The notes: a model not told the origin generated them from the sequence alone. DNA of 64,000 nucleotides from an uncultured Proteiniphilum sp. (GCA_964605035.1 CAZSBA010000002.1:29-64028); one strand, 5' to 3'; positions 21,456-32,308 are shown, counted from the stretch's first letter. Translations and numbers: made by a program.

Positions 21456-22214
21456 ATGCATAAAAAACTCTTTATTATATCCATTGTACTCTCAACAATA
21501 TTGCTGGTAAATATTAGTTGCGATGATAACTCAAGATCTCTTGGCAATTTTGGTATTGACATCGCAACAGTAATACCCGAAAGTGAGAATAGCTACTCTC
21601 TTCTACTTGATAATGGAAAAAAATTATGGCCTGCAGCTACTGCTGTAGATTATACGAATATAAATAAAGAGCGTGTACTTTTAAATTACACTATATTATC
21701 TTCTGAAAGAGATGGTTTTGATCACTATGTTAAGGTCAACGATCTCTGGAGAATACTTACAAAAAACATTATAGAGTTAGACTATCAAAATGAAGACAGT
21801 ATTGGCAACGATCCTATAAAAGCTAATGCTGTCTGGGTAGGTGGAGACTATCTTAATGTTTCATTCCATTTCAATTATGGAGGCGAAAGACCTCACTTGA
21901 TAAACCTTGTTGGAAATAAAACTTCAACTGAAGTAAAAAATGGAATTATTGAACTTGAGTTAAGACACAACTCTTTTAATAGCCAAGCTGAACGATTATA
22001 TGAAGGCTTTATTTGTTTTGATCTAAAACCTCTACGCCAAAACCATGCAGATTCAGTGAAACTATCTGTAAAGGTTAAACAATGGAGCGAACAGACAGAT
22101 AATAATACAAAAGAAACTATTTATGATGTTGTATACAGGTATAACAGATCTAATAATGTTGAAGCAACAACAGAGATGCCTATACCGGTAATAACATCAA
22201 ATGAATACTATTAA
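21456..22214 (+). CDS. NigD-like lipoprotein
   Basis: Lipoprotein signal (NISC-DDN); LLLDNGKKLWP, RVLLNYTIL, GNDPI and LELRHN patterns. Confidence 0.8.
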   Translation: MHKKLFIISIVLSTILLVNISCDDNSRSLGNFGIDIATVIPESENSYSLLLDNGKKLWPAATAVDYTNINKERVLLNYTILSSERDGFDHYVKVNDLWRILTKNIIELDYQNEDSIGNDPIKANAVWVGGDYLNVSFHFNYGGERPHLINLVGNKTSTEVKNGIIELELRHNSFNSQAERLYEGFICFDLKPLRQNHADSVKLSVKVKQWSEQTDNNTKETIYDVVYRYNRSNNVEATTEMPIPVITSNEYY

Positions 22215-22274
22215 ATCAGAAAAAAACCACAACGTAAATTAGTTCTATTTCTTATATGACTTTTTTGATTTTCC

Positions 22275-22317
22275 AAAAACCGGATGACCTCTGTGAAGAG
22301 TTCATCCGGAATTTTTT
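22275..22317. terminator. Bidirectional intrinsic terminator
   Basis: CCGGATGA...TCATCCGG stem flanked by A and T runs, between convergent genes. Confidence 0.75.
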
Positions 22318-22735
22318 ATATTTGGTCGTATGGTAGTTGAGTGAGTGCATCTGAAATTTTATCAACAGCCTCTCTCATAGGTTTTTCTACAATTCCTCGC
22401 ATGAATGGACTGATATCCGACTGAACCATCATTATCAATTCGGTCTCTTCTTCTGACTTCAACTGTAGTTGTATCTCTAAGAAAACATCGAAAGGTAATT
22501 TCTCTGACTTGAATCTAATTAAGCTTTCAGGTTGTCTCTCTATTACAAGAAAAGTCACCTTCCCAATAGCATCTATCCGAAACGAAACACTATCTTTATC
22601 AAAAACAAACTCCTTAATTTGATCTTCAGGTATAAATTCTTTTACAAAATCAAGATTACGAAGATCAGACAATACCCTAAATATATCACGATCGGAATGA
22701 TAAATAGTCTTTAAATCACTATTAAACTCTATCAT
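22316..22735 (-). CDS. SRPBCC/START-like family protein
   Basis: Start overlaps the pyrE stop (ATGA); small alpha/beta helix-grip-like protein commonly found next to pyrE in Bacteroidetes. Confidence 0.65.
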   Translation of the reverse strand: MIEFNSDLKTIYHSDRDIFRVLSDLRNLDFVKEFIPEDQIKEFVFDKDSVSFRIDAIGKVTFLVIERQPESLIRFKSEKLPFDVFLEIQLQLKSEEETELIMMVQSDISPFMRGIVEKPMREAVDKISDALTQLPYDQI

Positions 22736-23385
22736 ATCTTTACCTTTTTGCCTGTTTGACCCCAAGTTTCAGGGTTTTTACGCCAGTCTTTTAAAGTGTT
22801 TAATTCAGATTCATCAATATAATCAGTAGCTAGTGCTTCGTCTAATATCGCATCGTAATTAGATAACGCAGTAAGCTCCACTCTTGCTTCTTTCATGCTC
22901 TCAATAGCATGAGTAAAACCATAAGTGAATATAGCCAACATTCCTAATACATCTGAACCATTACTTCTAATTGCTTCCACTGCTTTGAGGCTACTTCCCC
23001 CTGTAGACACTAAGTCTTCAATAACGATAACCTTCTGTTTTGGCTTCAAATCGCCTTCTATCAAATTCTCCAAACCATGATCTTTTGGTGTAGATCTTAT
23101 GTAAACAAAGGGTAGATCTAAAAGATCGGCAACCAATGCACCTGGAGCTATTGCACCAGTAGCGACTCCTGCTATTGCGTCAGTTTGGGGGTATTTTTCT
23201 AGAATAATTCTTGCAAATTCTACTTTAATAAAATTACGTACCGAAGGATAAGACATCAGTTTTCGATTATCGCAATAAATTGGCGACTTCCACCCTGAAG
23301 CCCAAGTAAAAGGATTAGAGGGTTGTAGTTTAATAGCCTTTACTTTTAAAAGTTTTTCAGCTGTTAGTTTTTGTACTGTTTTCAT
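22732..23385 (-). CDS. pyrE: Orotate phosphoribosyltransferase
   Basis: Motifs FTWASGWKSPIYCDNR and VIVIEDLVSTGGS (PRPP-binding). Confidence 0.96.
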   Translation of the reverse strand: MKTVQKLTAEKLLKVKAIKLQPSNPFTWASGWKSPIYCDNRKLMSYPSVRNFIKVEFARIILEKYPQTDAIAGVATGAIAPGALVADLLDLPFVYIRSTPKDHGLENLIEGDLKPKQKVIVIEDLVSTGGSSLKAVEAIRSNGSDVLGMLAIFTYGFTHAIESMKEARVELTALSNYDAILDEALATDYIDESELNTLKDWRKNPETWGQTGKKVKI

Positions 23386-23432
23386 TATATAATTGAATTG
23401 ATCAATGGAATGAATGCAAAAATAGTCTTTTT

Positions 23433-24128
23433 TTAAAGAACCTCACCAATAGTAGCAATACTTATTTTAAGGTTTTTACATATTTGCAGTGCAATACCAC
23501 AAGCTTCAATAGTTGAGCCAGTAGTTATAACATCATCCACAAGTAGAATATGCTTACCTTCAAAATACTGGGCATCTTTTACTTCAAATATACCTCTCAC
23601 ATTTTTCCAACGTTCTGTTTTAGTGCGTTTTGTTTGAGTAGGGTTGTGTACCACCCTAATAAGGTTGTTAGTTACAACTGGTATTTCTGTTGCCTCTGAA
23701 ATTCCACGTGCTATGATTTCTGCTTGATTATACCCTCTTGAACGTATTTTTTTGGGATGCAAAGGTACTGGAACAATAATATCTATATTATTAATAAAAT
23801 CGCTTGATAATAGATCATTGCCGAACATTTTACCTAGTATTAAACCTATATCTTCACCATTATAATACTTAAGCTTATGAATTAGGGGACGTAATACACC
23901 TCCTTCAGTAAAATAAGAAAATGTAGCTATTCTTTCATAAGGAATTCTGCCTGCCATTAGTAACTCGGCAGAATTACTTTCTTTTCTAAAATTGTATGTC
24001 TTGGGTAACTTGTATATACATTTTAAGCATGCTCCTGATTCTTTTTCCAGCAATTCTGTTCCACATATAGCACATACATCAGGGAGAAAAAGATTTATAA
24101 GATTTTTTATCAAGGTTAACTTACCCAT
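23433..24128 (-). CDS. comF: ComF family amidophosphoribosyltransferase-like protein
   Basis: CAIC zinc motif, VPVPLH, RGYNQA and LLVDDVITTGST. Confidence 0.88.
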   Translation of the reverse strand: MGKLTLIKNLINLFLPDVCAICGTELLEKESGACLKCIYKLPKTYNFRKESNSAELLMAGRIPYERIATFSYFTEGGVLRPLIHKLKYYNGEDIGLILGKMFGNDLLSSDFINNIDIIVPVPLHPKKIRSRGYNQAEIIARGISEATEIPVVTNNLIRVVHNPTQTKRTKTERWKNVRGIFEVKDAQYFEGKHILLVDDVITTGSTIEACGIALQICKNLKISIATIGEVL

Positions 24129-24143
24129 ACACCTGCTATTCAT

Positions 24144-24638
24144 TCAAATTATATCATTATCTTCTAGATTCAATCTGTTGACACATGAAATTATATCATC
24201 CATTTTAAATCCTTTTCCCAATGCATATTTTATGAGCTTTCCCTTCTTTTCATATTTCGACTCACCTTTAACCTGTTTCCATTTTCTTTCTAATATTGAT
24301 TGGAGAGCGCTATTAAGTTCTTCATGTGAATATTCTGAAAAGACCTCATCTATAACACTCTGTGACAACTGCTTATATCTTAGATGCATTTCTATTTTTT
24401 TAACCCCCCAACCATTGAAACGAAGCTTGTCATTCACAAAACTTCTAACAAACCTCTCTTCATTAATATAATTTTCGTTTTTCAGTTTAATAATTATCTG
24501 TTCTATTACTTCATCTGCAAATCCCAGCCTATGCAGTCTTTGAGAAATATCAAATGGTGAATACTCCTTTCTTGAACAGATGCGTGCCATTTGTAAAAAC
24601 GCCTTATCTTCTGAAATTATATTTTGTTTTAAACTCAT
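24144..24638 (-). CDS. recX: Regulatory protein RecX
   Basis: Motifs CSRKEYS, YINEERFVRSFVNDK, GWGVKKI and LGKGF. Confidence 0.88.
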   Translation of the reverse strand: MSLKQNIISEDKAFLQMARICSRKEYSPFDISQRLHRLGFADEVIEQIIIKLKNENYINEERFVRSFVNDKLRFNGWGVKKIEMHLRYKQLSQSVIDEVFSEYSHEELNSALQSILERKWKQVKGESKYEKKGKLIKYALGKGFKMDDIISCVNRLNLEDNDII

Positions 24639-24662
24639 CTTATAGAATCAACAAAATGATTT

Positions 24663-25517
24663 TTAATAATTTCGATTGATGTATACTGCTTTTAGCATTC
24701 TGAATTTACCTGATATATCTTTTCTTAATTCTAAATCTTCGTAACCTTTTACTTTGAGCATGTCAACTAACTCATCGGCAAAGATTGGATTTATTTCGAA
24801 GAACAGTCTTCCCTCATTCTTAAGAAGACCAAGTGAAGCATCTGCAATTTTAGAGTAAAAAAGCAAGGGATCATCATCGGGCACAAACAAGGCTAAATGT
24901 GGCTCATAATCAAGTACATTAACCTCCATATTTTCCTTCTCGTTGTTAGTTACATATGGCGGATTACTTACAATGATATCGTATTTAACATCAGAATTAA
25001 AACATTGTTCTAAATCGACATTAGATAATACATCTACCCTAGAAGTTATAACATTTACTCCATTTAAGGTTGCATTATTAGATGCTACACTTAGAGCAGA
25101 TTCTGAAACATCCCATGCATGTACGTTTACATTATTACACTTTTTTGCTAAAGTAACAGCTATACAGCCGCTTCCAGTACCAACATCAAGTATATAGCTA
25201 TTCGCATTAATCTTTTCAGACAACACCCATTCCACTAATTCCTCTGTTTCGGGACGTGGAATTAAGACATCAGAAGTTAGCTGAAATGTCAGTCCATAAA
25301 ATTCGCATTTACCTATAATATATTGAATTGGTTCACTATTTTTAAGTCGCTCAACAATATCTTCTGCCTTACGCAATTCGGAGTCGGATAAATTATTAAT
25401 TTTGCAAGATACCTCTTCAAGTATGATACGAGACAGAAATGATATCTCGGATCGTTTATATAAACCGCTTAATTGCTGTTGAATAACTTGTGTAAATTGT
25501 TGTATGTGATTATGCAT
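24663..25517 (-). CDS. prmC: Release factor glutamine methyltransferase PrmC/HemK
   Basis: Motifs EPIQYI, LIPRPETEEL, LDVGTGSGCIA and NPPY. Confidence 0.95.
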   Translation of the reverse strand: MHNHIQQFTQVIQQQLSGLYKRSEISFLSRIILEEVSCKINNLSDSELRKAEDIVERLKNSEPIQYIIGKCEFYGLTFQLTSDVLIPRPETEELVEWVLSEKINANSYILDVGTGSGCIAVTLAKKCNNVNVHAWDVSESALSVASNNATLNGVNVITSRVDVLSNVDLEQCFNSDVKYDIIVSNPPYVTNNEKENMEVNVLDYEPHLALFVPDDDPLLFYSKIADASLGLLKNEGRLFFEINPIFADELVDMLKVKGYEDLELRKDISGKFRMLKAVYINRNY

Positions 25518-25582
25518 TCAATTTGAATTTAACGAAAACTTATCAGCAACTTAAGATGCTTGACATAACAAAGATAAACAAA

Positions 25583-26653
25583 ATGGACCAAAATTTGATA
25601 TTTATGCGGCGCTGCTTTCAGCTAGCACGTAAAAGCGATGGCTTTACAAAACCAAACCCTTTAGTGGGATCAGTAATTGTATATAAAAATAGAATTATTG
25701 GCGAGGGATACCACAGACATTTTGGAGAAAGTCATGCAGAGGTTAATGCAATAAATTCGGTTAAAGACAAGACTCTTTTACCTCAATCTACTCTATATGT
25801 CTCACTTGAACCGTGTGCTCATCATGGCAAAACACCTCCTTGTGCACAATTGATTATATCTAAAAGAATTCCTCGTGTTGTGCTTGCTGTTAGAGACCCT
25901 AACCCTAAAGTATCTGGTAAAGGGATTGAAATGTTGAGAGAAGCAAACATAGAAGTAACTGAAGGTGTATTAGAAAAAGAGGCTCTCGAGATTAATAAAT
26001 TATTCTTTGTAAATCAACTTAACTCTCGCCCATATATAATCTTGAAATGGGCTCAAAGTAGAGATGGATATATAGACATCAATAGAAATCCATTAGATAG
26101 CAAACAACCCACAATAATTTCAAATAAACTTACTCACACTATTGTTCATAAATTCAGAACTCGAGTTCAGGGTATATTAGTTGGCACAAACACTGCTCTA
26201 CTCGACAACCCTCAACTCACTTCCAGAAAATGGTATGGAGATAACCCAACTAGAATTGTATTAGACAGACAAAATAAACTGCCACGCAGCCTTGCTCTGT
26301 TTGATGGAACAGCTCCAACTATTATTTTCTCTGATAACATCTCAAGAAAACCTGAAACAATCAACTCAGTAAAATTTATAGAGATCGATTATACTGTTGA
26401 TCCTATAAATCAAATATTAAGCCATTTGTATAACGAAAAAATACATTCCCTTTTAATAGAGGGCGGAAGTAAACTTTTATCTTCGTTTATTCTAAACAAC
26501 ATGTGGGATGAGGCTTATATAGAAGTTTCGGATTTGGAACTAAGATCGGGTGTAGAATCACCAATAATACAAGGTGAAATAATAGAGGTGAATAAATATC
26601 TAAACTCATCTCAGTTTCATTTAAAGAGCAAAATAACTCGAAATATTCTTTAA
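25583..26653 (+). CDS. ribD: Bifunctional riboflavin biosynthesis deaminase/reductase RibD
   Basis: Motifs PNPLVG, HAEVNA, LEPCAHHGKTPPC and LIEGG. Confidence 0.95.
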   Translation: MDQNLIFMRRCFQLARKSDGFTKPNPLVGSVIVYKNRIIGEGYHRHFGESHAEVNAINSVKDKTLLPQSTLYVSLEPCAHHGKTPPCAQLIISKRIPRVVLAVRDPNPKVSGKGIEMLREANIEVTEGVLEKEALEINKLFFVNQLNSRPYIILKWAQSRDGYIDINRNPLDSKQPTIISNKLTHTIVHKFRTRVQGILVGTNTALLDNPQLTSRKWYGDNPTRIVLDRQNKLPRSLALFDGTAPTIIFSDNISRKPETINSVKFIEIDYTVDPINQILSHLYNEKIHSLLIEGGSKLLSSFILNNMWDEAYIEVSDLELRSGVESPIIQGEIIEVNKYLNSSQFHLKSKITRNIL

Positions 26654-26735
26654 ATATTCATTTTAATATGGTTAAAGCGAAAAATCTTCATACTTTTGCA
26701 ATACTTAAACGTTGAGTACAATTTTATTGAAACAA

Positions 26736-28094
26736 ATGGAATCTAAATATTTCCTCTGGACATTTGCAATTATCATGAATATGCTACTATTATCTTCATG
26801 CCTAGGCTCTTCTGAAGGCGTAGAGGTAGAATATTCTGCTGATGCACAAATTTACACTTTTACAATCTCTTCTAGGGCAGACACAAGCAATATACTGAGT
26901 ACCACAGCATTCACTATTGATCAGGTAAATGGAAAAATATTTAACAAGGAACCTCTACCTTTTCAATTTCATGTAGACAGTGCTGCAATTAACCTAAGAG
27001 GTTCCAGTACTTACTCTACTCTATATAATGTAACATTTAGTGTTAGTGGTAGCGAGGATGTGGCATGGCATCAATCAGATTCTGTAGATATCAATAATTT
27101 GTACAGAATAACTACAACTGCTCCTGATGGAGTAACAACTAAGAAATATGATTTCCACCTTAATGTGCATGATAAGGATCCTTATATAATGTCTTGGGAA
27201 GATATTTCCAGTGATTATATTTCAAACACAATCTCTGAACAAAAAACTGTTTTATACAACAATCGCTTTATAACTTATTTCATTTCTAATGAAACTATTA
27301 ACGCTGTATCTTCATCAGCAAGCGACGGTGCAAACTGGTCTGTTGCCCCTTTAAACGGACTTCCTACAACTGTATTACTGCCTTCATTAAAAGTAGATGA
27401 AGATAATCTTTACATTATTGATGAAACCAACAAAGTTTTTAAATCAAATGATGGTTTTACCTGGGTGCAGACAGTATCAGATTATCCAGTGATTGCAAAT
27501 TACGGTATACTACCATCTGGGAACAACGGGCGAAATTTGGTAATTGTTGATGACAACAACACTCACAAGTTTGCTCAAACTGATGACTTCACCAATTTCG
27601 AAATTATGGAAGTTGCTTCAAAAACCAGTGTTTCAGAATTTCCTGTAAGAGACTTCACTTCTATAAGTATAAACAGCTCATCGTCACATACAATTAAATA
27701 TATAATTATTGCAGGTGGTTATAAGGTAGATAATACTGCAAATAACGATGTTTGGATTATTCAGGAAAAAGACGGGAAGATATCAGATTTAAAATCTAAG
27801 AAAACTGGTTCTACCTCACTTGCCGAAAGCACACTGTTTTTCTATGATAATAGTACTTACCTATTAACAAATTTCGCGGGTGCTAACAGCCTGTTATACT
27901 CTGACAATTTTGGGCTTGAATGGAAACCGGCAAGTGAAAACCAATCGCTTCCCGCAGAAATGGAATTTAGAAAAAAAGCATCGGTGATTACCGATAATGA
28001 AAAATATATATGGATATTCGGTGGAATATCTGAAACCCAGACCCAAATAGATGATGTATGGAGAGGGAGACTTAATAAATTTGCACAGGATTAA
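26736..28094 (+). CDS. DUF6242-type lipoprotein with Kelch-like C-terminus
   Basis: Lipobox LSSC; IFNKEPLP; YIWIFGG...DDVWRGRLN end; lies immediately upstream of the porG-uppS-bamA cluster. Confidence 0.65.
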   Translation: MESKYFLWTFAIIMNMLLLSSCLGSSEGVEVEYSADAQIYTFTISSRADTSNILSTTAFTIDQVNGKIFNKEPLPFQFHVDSAAINLRGSSTYSTLYNVTFSVSGSEDVAWHQSDSVDINNLYRITTTAPDGVTTKKYDFHLNVHDKDPYIMSWEDISSDYISNTISEQKTVLYNNRFITYFISNETINAVSSSASDGANWSVAPLNGLPTTVLLPSLKVDEDNLYIIDETNKVFKSNDGFTWVQTVSDYPVIANYGILPSGNNGRNLVIVDDNNTHKFAQTDDFTNFEIMEVASKTSVSEFPVRDFTSISINSSSSHTIKYIIIAGGYKVDNTANNDVWIIQEKDGKISDLKSKKTGSTSLAESTLFFYDNSTYLLTNFAGANSLLYSDNFGLEWKPASENQSLPAEMEFRKKASVITDNEKYIWIFGGISETQTQIDDVWRGRLNKFAQD

Positions 28095-28785
28095 AAAATT
28101 AATCACTCTACTATTAACTATTTCATTGACGTTTATCTTCTCTGCCAAAGTATACTCACAGGAGTATAAATATGAGATTGGAGGAGCTGCGGGTACTTCG
28201 TCTTACATGGGTGATGTTAATAGAACAAATGTGTTCTTAAAACCAGGATTAAGTGGAGGAGCTTTTTTCAGATACAATATGACCTTTAATTGGGCTATTA
28301 AATTAAATCTAATTGCAGGGAGTGTGTCTGGAAGTAGTGCCAATACGAACAATAAATTTCCTTTTGAAAAAGAGGCAAATTTCACTCGCAATTTTGCAGA
28401 TTTAGGAGCTCATATAGAGTTTAATTTTTTACCTTACAGCGACAGTTACTCCTATATTGGAACAAGACCATATACGCCATATGTTTTTACAGGTACAGGT
28501 GTTACTTATGCTGAAGGTAATAATAGTTTTATTGGATTGAATATACCATTTGGTGTAGGATTTAAATATAAATTAAAAAACAGATTGAATATTGGACTCG
28601 AATTCTCTCTACGCAAACTCTTTGATGATGATTTTGATGTTACAGACAATGAGACTAATTGGAGTTTAGATAGACCATACGGAATAAATAGCAGTTTACT
28701 AAAAAACAAAGATTGGTATTCACTAACTATTATTTTTATGACATGGGAGTTTAATTCTAGGGAAGATCCTTGTCATGGAATGTAA
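28081..28785 (+). CDS. porG: PorG-like / DUF6089 outer-membrane beta-barrel protein (T9SS-associated)
   Basis: QEYKYEIGG...YMGD, IPFGVGFKYKL, D.LD and KNKDWYS patterns; position upstream of uppS-bamA-skp as in Porphyromonas. The TTG start at 28081 is approximate. Confidence 0.65.
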   Translation: MHRIKKLITLLLTISLTFIFSAKVYSQEYKYEIGGAAGTSSYMGDVNRTNVFLKPGLSGGAFFRYNMTFNWAIKLNLIAGSVSGSSANTNNKFPFEKEANFTRNFADLGAHIEFNFLPYSDSYSYIGTRPYTPYVFTGTGVTYAEGNNSFIGLNIPFGVGFKYKLKNRLNIGLEFSLRKLFDDDFDVTDNETNWSLDRPYGINSSLLKNKDWYSLTIIFMTWEFNSREDPCHGM

Positions 28786-28806
28786 CGAATTAGCTGTTTA
28801 AAAAAT

Positions 28807-29574
28807 ATGTCGATATTTAACAAAATAGATCATACTCACGTTCCTGCACATGTAGCCATTATAATGGATGGCAATGGCCGTTGGGCTACGAACAAAGGGC
28901 TTGAAAGAGGTGAAGGACATAGAGAGGGTATTAGAGCGATAAGTAGGGTGGTTAAAGCAGCCTCGAAAATATCTATCAAGTATCTAACTCTATATGCTTT
29001 CTCCACCGAAAATTGGAATAGACCAATAGAAGAGGTTAATGGACTCATGGATCTTATGGTATATGCTTTAAGTGAAGAGACTGAAGACCTAAAAAAAAAC
29101 GGTGTAAAAATTGCTTGTATAGGAGATATTGATCGCCTACCAGAGTATGCCAGCAATGCTCTTAAAGAGTGTATTTATCAAACTAAGGAGGGAGACAAAC
29201 TAACTTTAATAATTGCTTTAAGCTACTCTTCTAAATGGGAGTTAACCGATGCAACAAGAAAGATTGTTGATGACGTAACAAAAGGAATTTTAAAGATAGA
29301 CGATATAAGTGAAGAAACCATAAGTATGTATCTTACAACCCGTAGTATTCCAGATCCAGATCTTTTAATTCGTACTGGTGGTGAAAAACGTATTAGTAAT
29401 TTTCTTTTATGGCAATGTGCTTATGCTGAATTTTACTTTACAGATGTTTATTGGCCGGAGTTCGGAGAAAAGGATTTATGTGACGCCGTTATCGATTTCC
29501 AAGGAAGAGAAAGAAGATTTGGCAGAATAAGTGAACAAATAGAATACGACGAAAAAGTAAGCGAAAAGAAATAA
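28807..29574 (+). CDS. uppS: Undecaprenyl diphosphate synthase
   Basis: Motifs HVAIIMDGNGRWA, YAFSTENWNRP and DLLIRTGGEKRISNFLLWQ. Confidence 0.97.
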   Translation: MSIFNKIDHTHVPAHVAIIMDGNGRWATNKGLERGEGHREGIRAISRVVKAASKISIKYLTLYAFSTENWNRPIEEVNGLMDLMVYALSEETEDLKKNGVKIACIGDIDRLPEYASNALKECIYQTKEGDKLTLIIALSYSSKWELTDATRKIVDDVTKGILKIDDISEETISMYLTTRSIPDPDLLIRTGGEKRISNFLLWQCAYAEFYFTDVYWPEFGEKDLCDAVIDFQGRERRFGRISEQIEYDEKVSEKK

Positions 29575-29580
29575 AAAATA

Positions 29581-32277
29581 ATGTTGAAGAGAATAATAAA
29601 TTTACTTCTATTACTCACATTGCTTTCACAGAATTATTTATTGGCACAAACCAATGATTCAACAACTGTTTCAGAAAGTGATGACCTTAATGTGAATTAC
29701 ACAGCAACTCCTAAGAAGTATTATATAGCCGATATAACGGTTACCGGTGTAGAGGAAACGATGTATGCGGGTCAGGAATTTGTACTTATTAATTTTGCTG
29801 GGTTAGCTAAAGGTCAAGAGATACAAATACCCGGAGAAGATATCACAAATGCGCTTAAAAGATTTTGGCGCCAGGGACTCTTCTCTGATGTTAAAATATT
29901 ACAGAATAAGATAGAAGGAGATAGTGTTTGGCTTGAAATAAAACTGACAGACCGACCACGTGTTACTGATATTCGGTATACTGGAATAAAGAAAAGTGAG
30001 CAGGATGACATAGAGGAGAAAATTGGATTTGTAAAAGGAATTCAAATAACTCCTCCACAAATTGATAGAGCCGAAATTTATATAAAAGAATACTTTGACG
30101 ACAAAGGGTTTGGAGATGCTGAGGTAAGAGTGTTGCAACATCCTGACACCACTGGTAGAAATCAAGTAATACTTGAGATTTTAGTTGACAAAAAAGAAAA
30201 GCTTAAGGTAAACAATATAAATATAACAGGAAATGAAGCACTCTCTGACAGAACTTTAAAGAGAGCAATGAAAAAGACTAACGAAAAGGGCAAACTGCTG
30301 AATATCTTCCGTGCCAAGAAATTTGTAGAGGAACTATATCAGGAAGACATTTATAAACTACTGAGTAAATATCACGAAGAGGGATATAGAGATGCCGAAA
30401 TATTAAAAGATACTGTATATAAATTTGATGAAAAAACTGTCAATATAGAAATTCAACTTGCAGAAGGACCTTTATATCATATTCGCTCTATTAACTGGGT
30501 AGGTAATACTCAATATCCTTCGGCTCAGCTTTCTCTATTACTTAATATGGAGCCTGGTGATGTTTACAACCAGAAGAAACTAGAAGAAAGATTGGTTGTT
30601 GATGAAGATGCTGTGGTAAATCTTTATCAAAATAATGGGTATCTATTTTCAAATATCGATCCAATTGAGATTAATATTGAAAACGATTCTATTGACTTGG
30701 AGCTTAGAGTAATTGAAGGACCCAAAGCGACTATTAAGCGAGTTATTATTCAAGGTAATGACAGACTATATGAAGATGTTATACGTCGAGAACTTAGAAC
30801 TAAGCCAGGTGCTGTATTTAGCAAAGACGACCTATTACGTTCTGTTAGAGAAATTGCTCAGACTGGACATTTCGATCCAGAAGCACTTTCAGCAGATATC
30901 TCTGGAGGAATAAACCCAAACCCTGAAGATGGAACAGTAGATATCACATACCCATTAACCTCTAAAGGGAACGATCAAATTGAATTTTCTGCAGGATGGG
31001 GGGTTACAGGACTTGTAGGTAAATTAAGTTTGAAATTAAATAATTTCTCTCTTCGAAACATGCTTAATCCTGAGATGCATAGAGGTATAATACCTCAAGG
31101 AGATGGACAAACACTTGTATTAAGTGCCCAAACAAATGGCAGATATTATCAATCATATCAATTTCAATTTATTGAACCATGGTTCGGTGGAAAAAGGCCA
31201 AATCATTTTTCTTTAAATGTATACTATTCTAGATATACTGGACTAAATACAGATTACTACCAGCAGAACACTAATCCATATATGTATGGATATGGAGGTT
31301 ATCCAGGTTATGGCGGGTATGGAGGATATGGAGGATATGGTGGATACGGCGGATATGGCGGATATGGTGGCGGATATGGTTACCAAGATCTTGCAGAATA
31401 TGCAGCCGACCCCGATCAGGTCTTTAATATCTTTGGCGCATCATTGGGGTATGGCAAACGTTTAGAATGGCCTGATGACTATTTTCAAGTAATGGCTCAG
31501 CTTGGATTTCAAAGATATGGCTTAAAAAACTGGTCATATAACCGCTTCCCATTTCAAACAGGTACAAGTAATAGTGTTACTTTAGGATTAACACTTTCTA
31601 GAACCTCTATTGATAATCCAATTTACACCAGAACTGGTTCTGAATTTTCTGTGAGCGTTAATGCTACACCTCCTTTCTCACTTTGGGATGGCAGAAATTA
31701 CTCAGCTATGAGTGATAGTGATTCCGATAAATATAAATGGAACGAGTATCACAAGTGGAAACTTAAAATGAGAACCTACACTCCTCTTACACCATTAACA
31801 GTAACTCGTACACCGGTAATTGCAACTAGAGCAGAGTTTGGTATACTTGGTCACTACAACAAGAACAAACTTACACCTTTTGAAACCTTTGATGTTGGAG
31901 GAGATGGTATGACTGGCTATACTAGTAGTTTTGCAACCGAAACTATTGCCTTGAGAGGATATGAAAACAACTCCATAGCAATGCAATCACGAGCATACAC
32001 TAGGTTAGGCCTTGAGGTTCGTTATCCATTTATTCTAGAACCTAATTCAACTATTTATGGTGTTGCTTTCCTGGAGGCAGGTAATGCGTGGATGGATATT
32101 AGTGAAATTAACCCATTCGACCTCAAACGATCAGCTGGTGCCGGAGTACGTATATTCCTTCCAATGATAGGCCTAATGGGTATAGACTGGGCATATGGAT
32201 TCGATACTGTATACGGAACAGGATACAGGGATAGAGGAGGCAGCCAGTTCCATTTCATTATTGGTCAGGAATTCTAA
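29581..32277 (+). CDS. bamA: Outer membrane protein assembly factor BamA
   Basis: POTRA domains, NDQIEFSAGWG, LRGY motif and C-terminal FHFIIGQEF. Confidence 0.96.
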   Translation: MLKRIINLLLLLTLLSQNYLLAQTNDSTTVSESDDLNVNYTATPKKYYIADITVTGVEETMYAGQEFVLINFAGLAKGQEIQIPGEDITNALKRFWRQGLFSDVKILQNKIEGDSVWLEIKLTDRPRVTDIRYTGIKKSEQDDIEEKIGFVKGIQITPPQIDRAEIYIKEYFDDKGFGDAEVRVLQHPDTTGRNQVILEILVDKKEKLKVNNINITGNEALSDRTLKRAMKKTNEKGKLLNIFRAKKFVEELYQEDIYKLLSKYHEEGYRDAEILKDTVYKFDEKTVNIEIQLAEGPLYHIRSINWVGNTQYPSAQLSLLLNMEPGDVYNQKKLEERLVVDEDAVVNLYQNNGYLFSNIDPIEINIENDSIDLELRVIEGPKATIKRVIIQGNDRLYEDVIRRELRTKPGAVFSKDDLLRSVREIAQTGHFDPEALSADISGGINPNPEDGTVDITYPLTSKGNDQIEFSAGWGVTGLVGKLSLKLNNFSLRNMLNPEMHRGIIPQGDGQTLVLSAQTNGRYYQSYQFQFIEPWFGGKRPNHFSLNVYYSRYTGLNTDYYQQNTNPYMYGYGGYPGYGGYGGYGGYGGYGGYGGYGGGYGYQDLAEYAADPDQVFNIFGASLGYGKRLEWPDDYFQVMAQLGFQRYGLKNWSYNRFPFQTGTSNSVTLGLTLSRTSIDNPIYTRTGSEFSVSVNATPPFSLWDGRNYSAMSDSDSDKYKWNEYHKWKLKMRTYTPLTPLTVTRTPVIATRAEFGILGHYNKNKLTPFETFDVGGDGMTGYTSSFATETIALRGYENNSIAMQSRAYTRLGLEVRYPFILEPNSTIYGVAFLEAGNAWMDISEINPFDLKRSAGAGVRIFLPMIGLMGIDWAYGFDTVYGTGYRDRGGSQFHFIIGQEF
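31285..31383 (+). repeat. Coding 9-bp imperfect tandem repeat, (GGY)n, inside bamA
   Basis: YGYGGYPGY(GGY)6GGGYGY; GGN-GGN-TAY units with varied third positions. Confidence 0.9.
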
Positions 32278-32308
32278 TTTATTTAACAATCTTTATCTTG
32301 ATGATAAT

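Noticed and set aside
31285-31383. Tandem repeats as a CRISPR array or VNTR island
   Set aside because: The units are 9 bp, have no spacers and are in frame within bamA. No cas genes are present.
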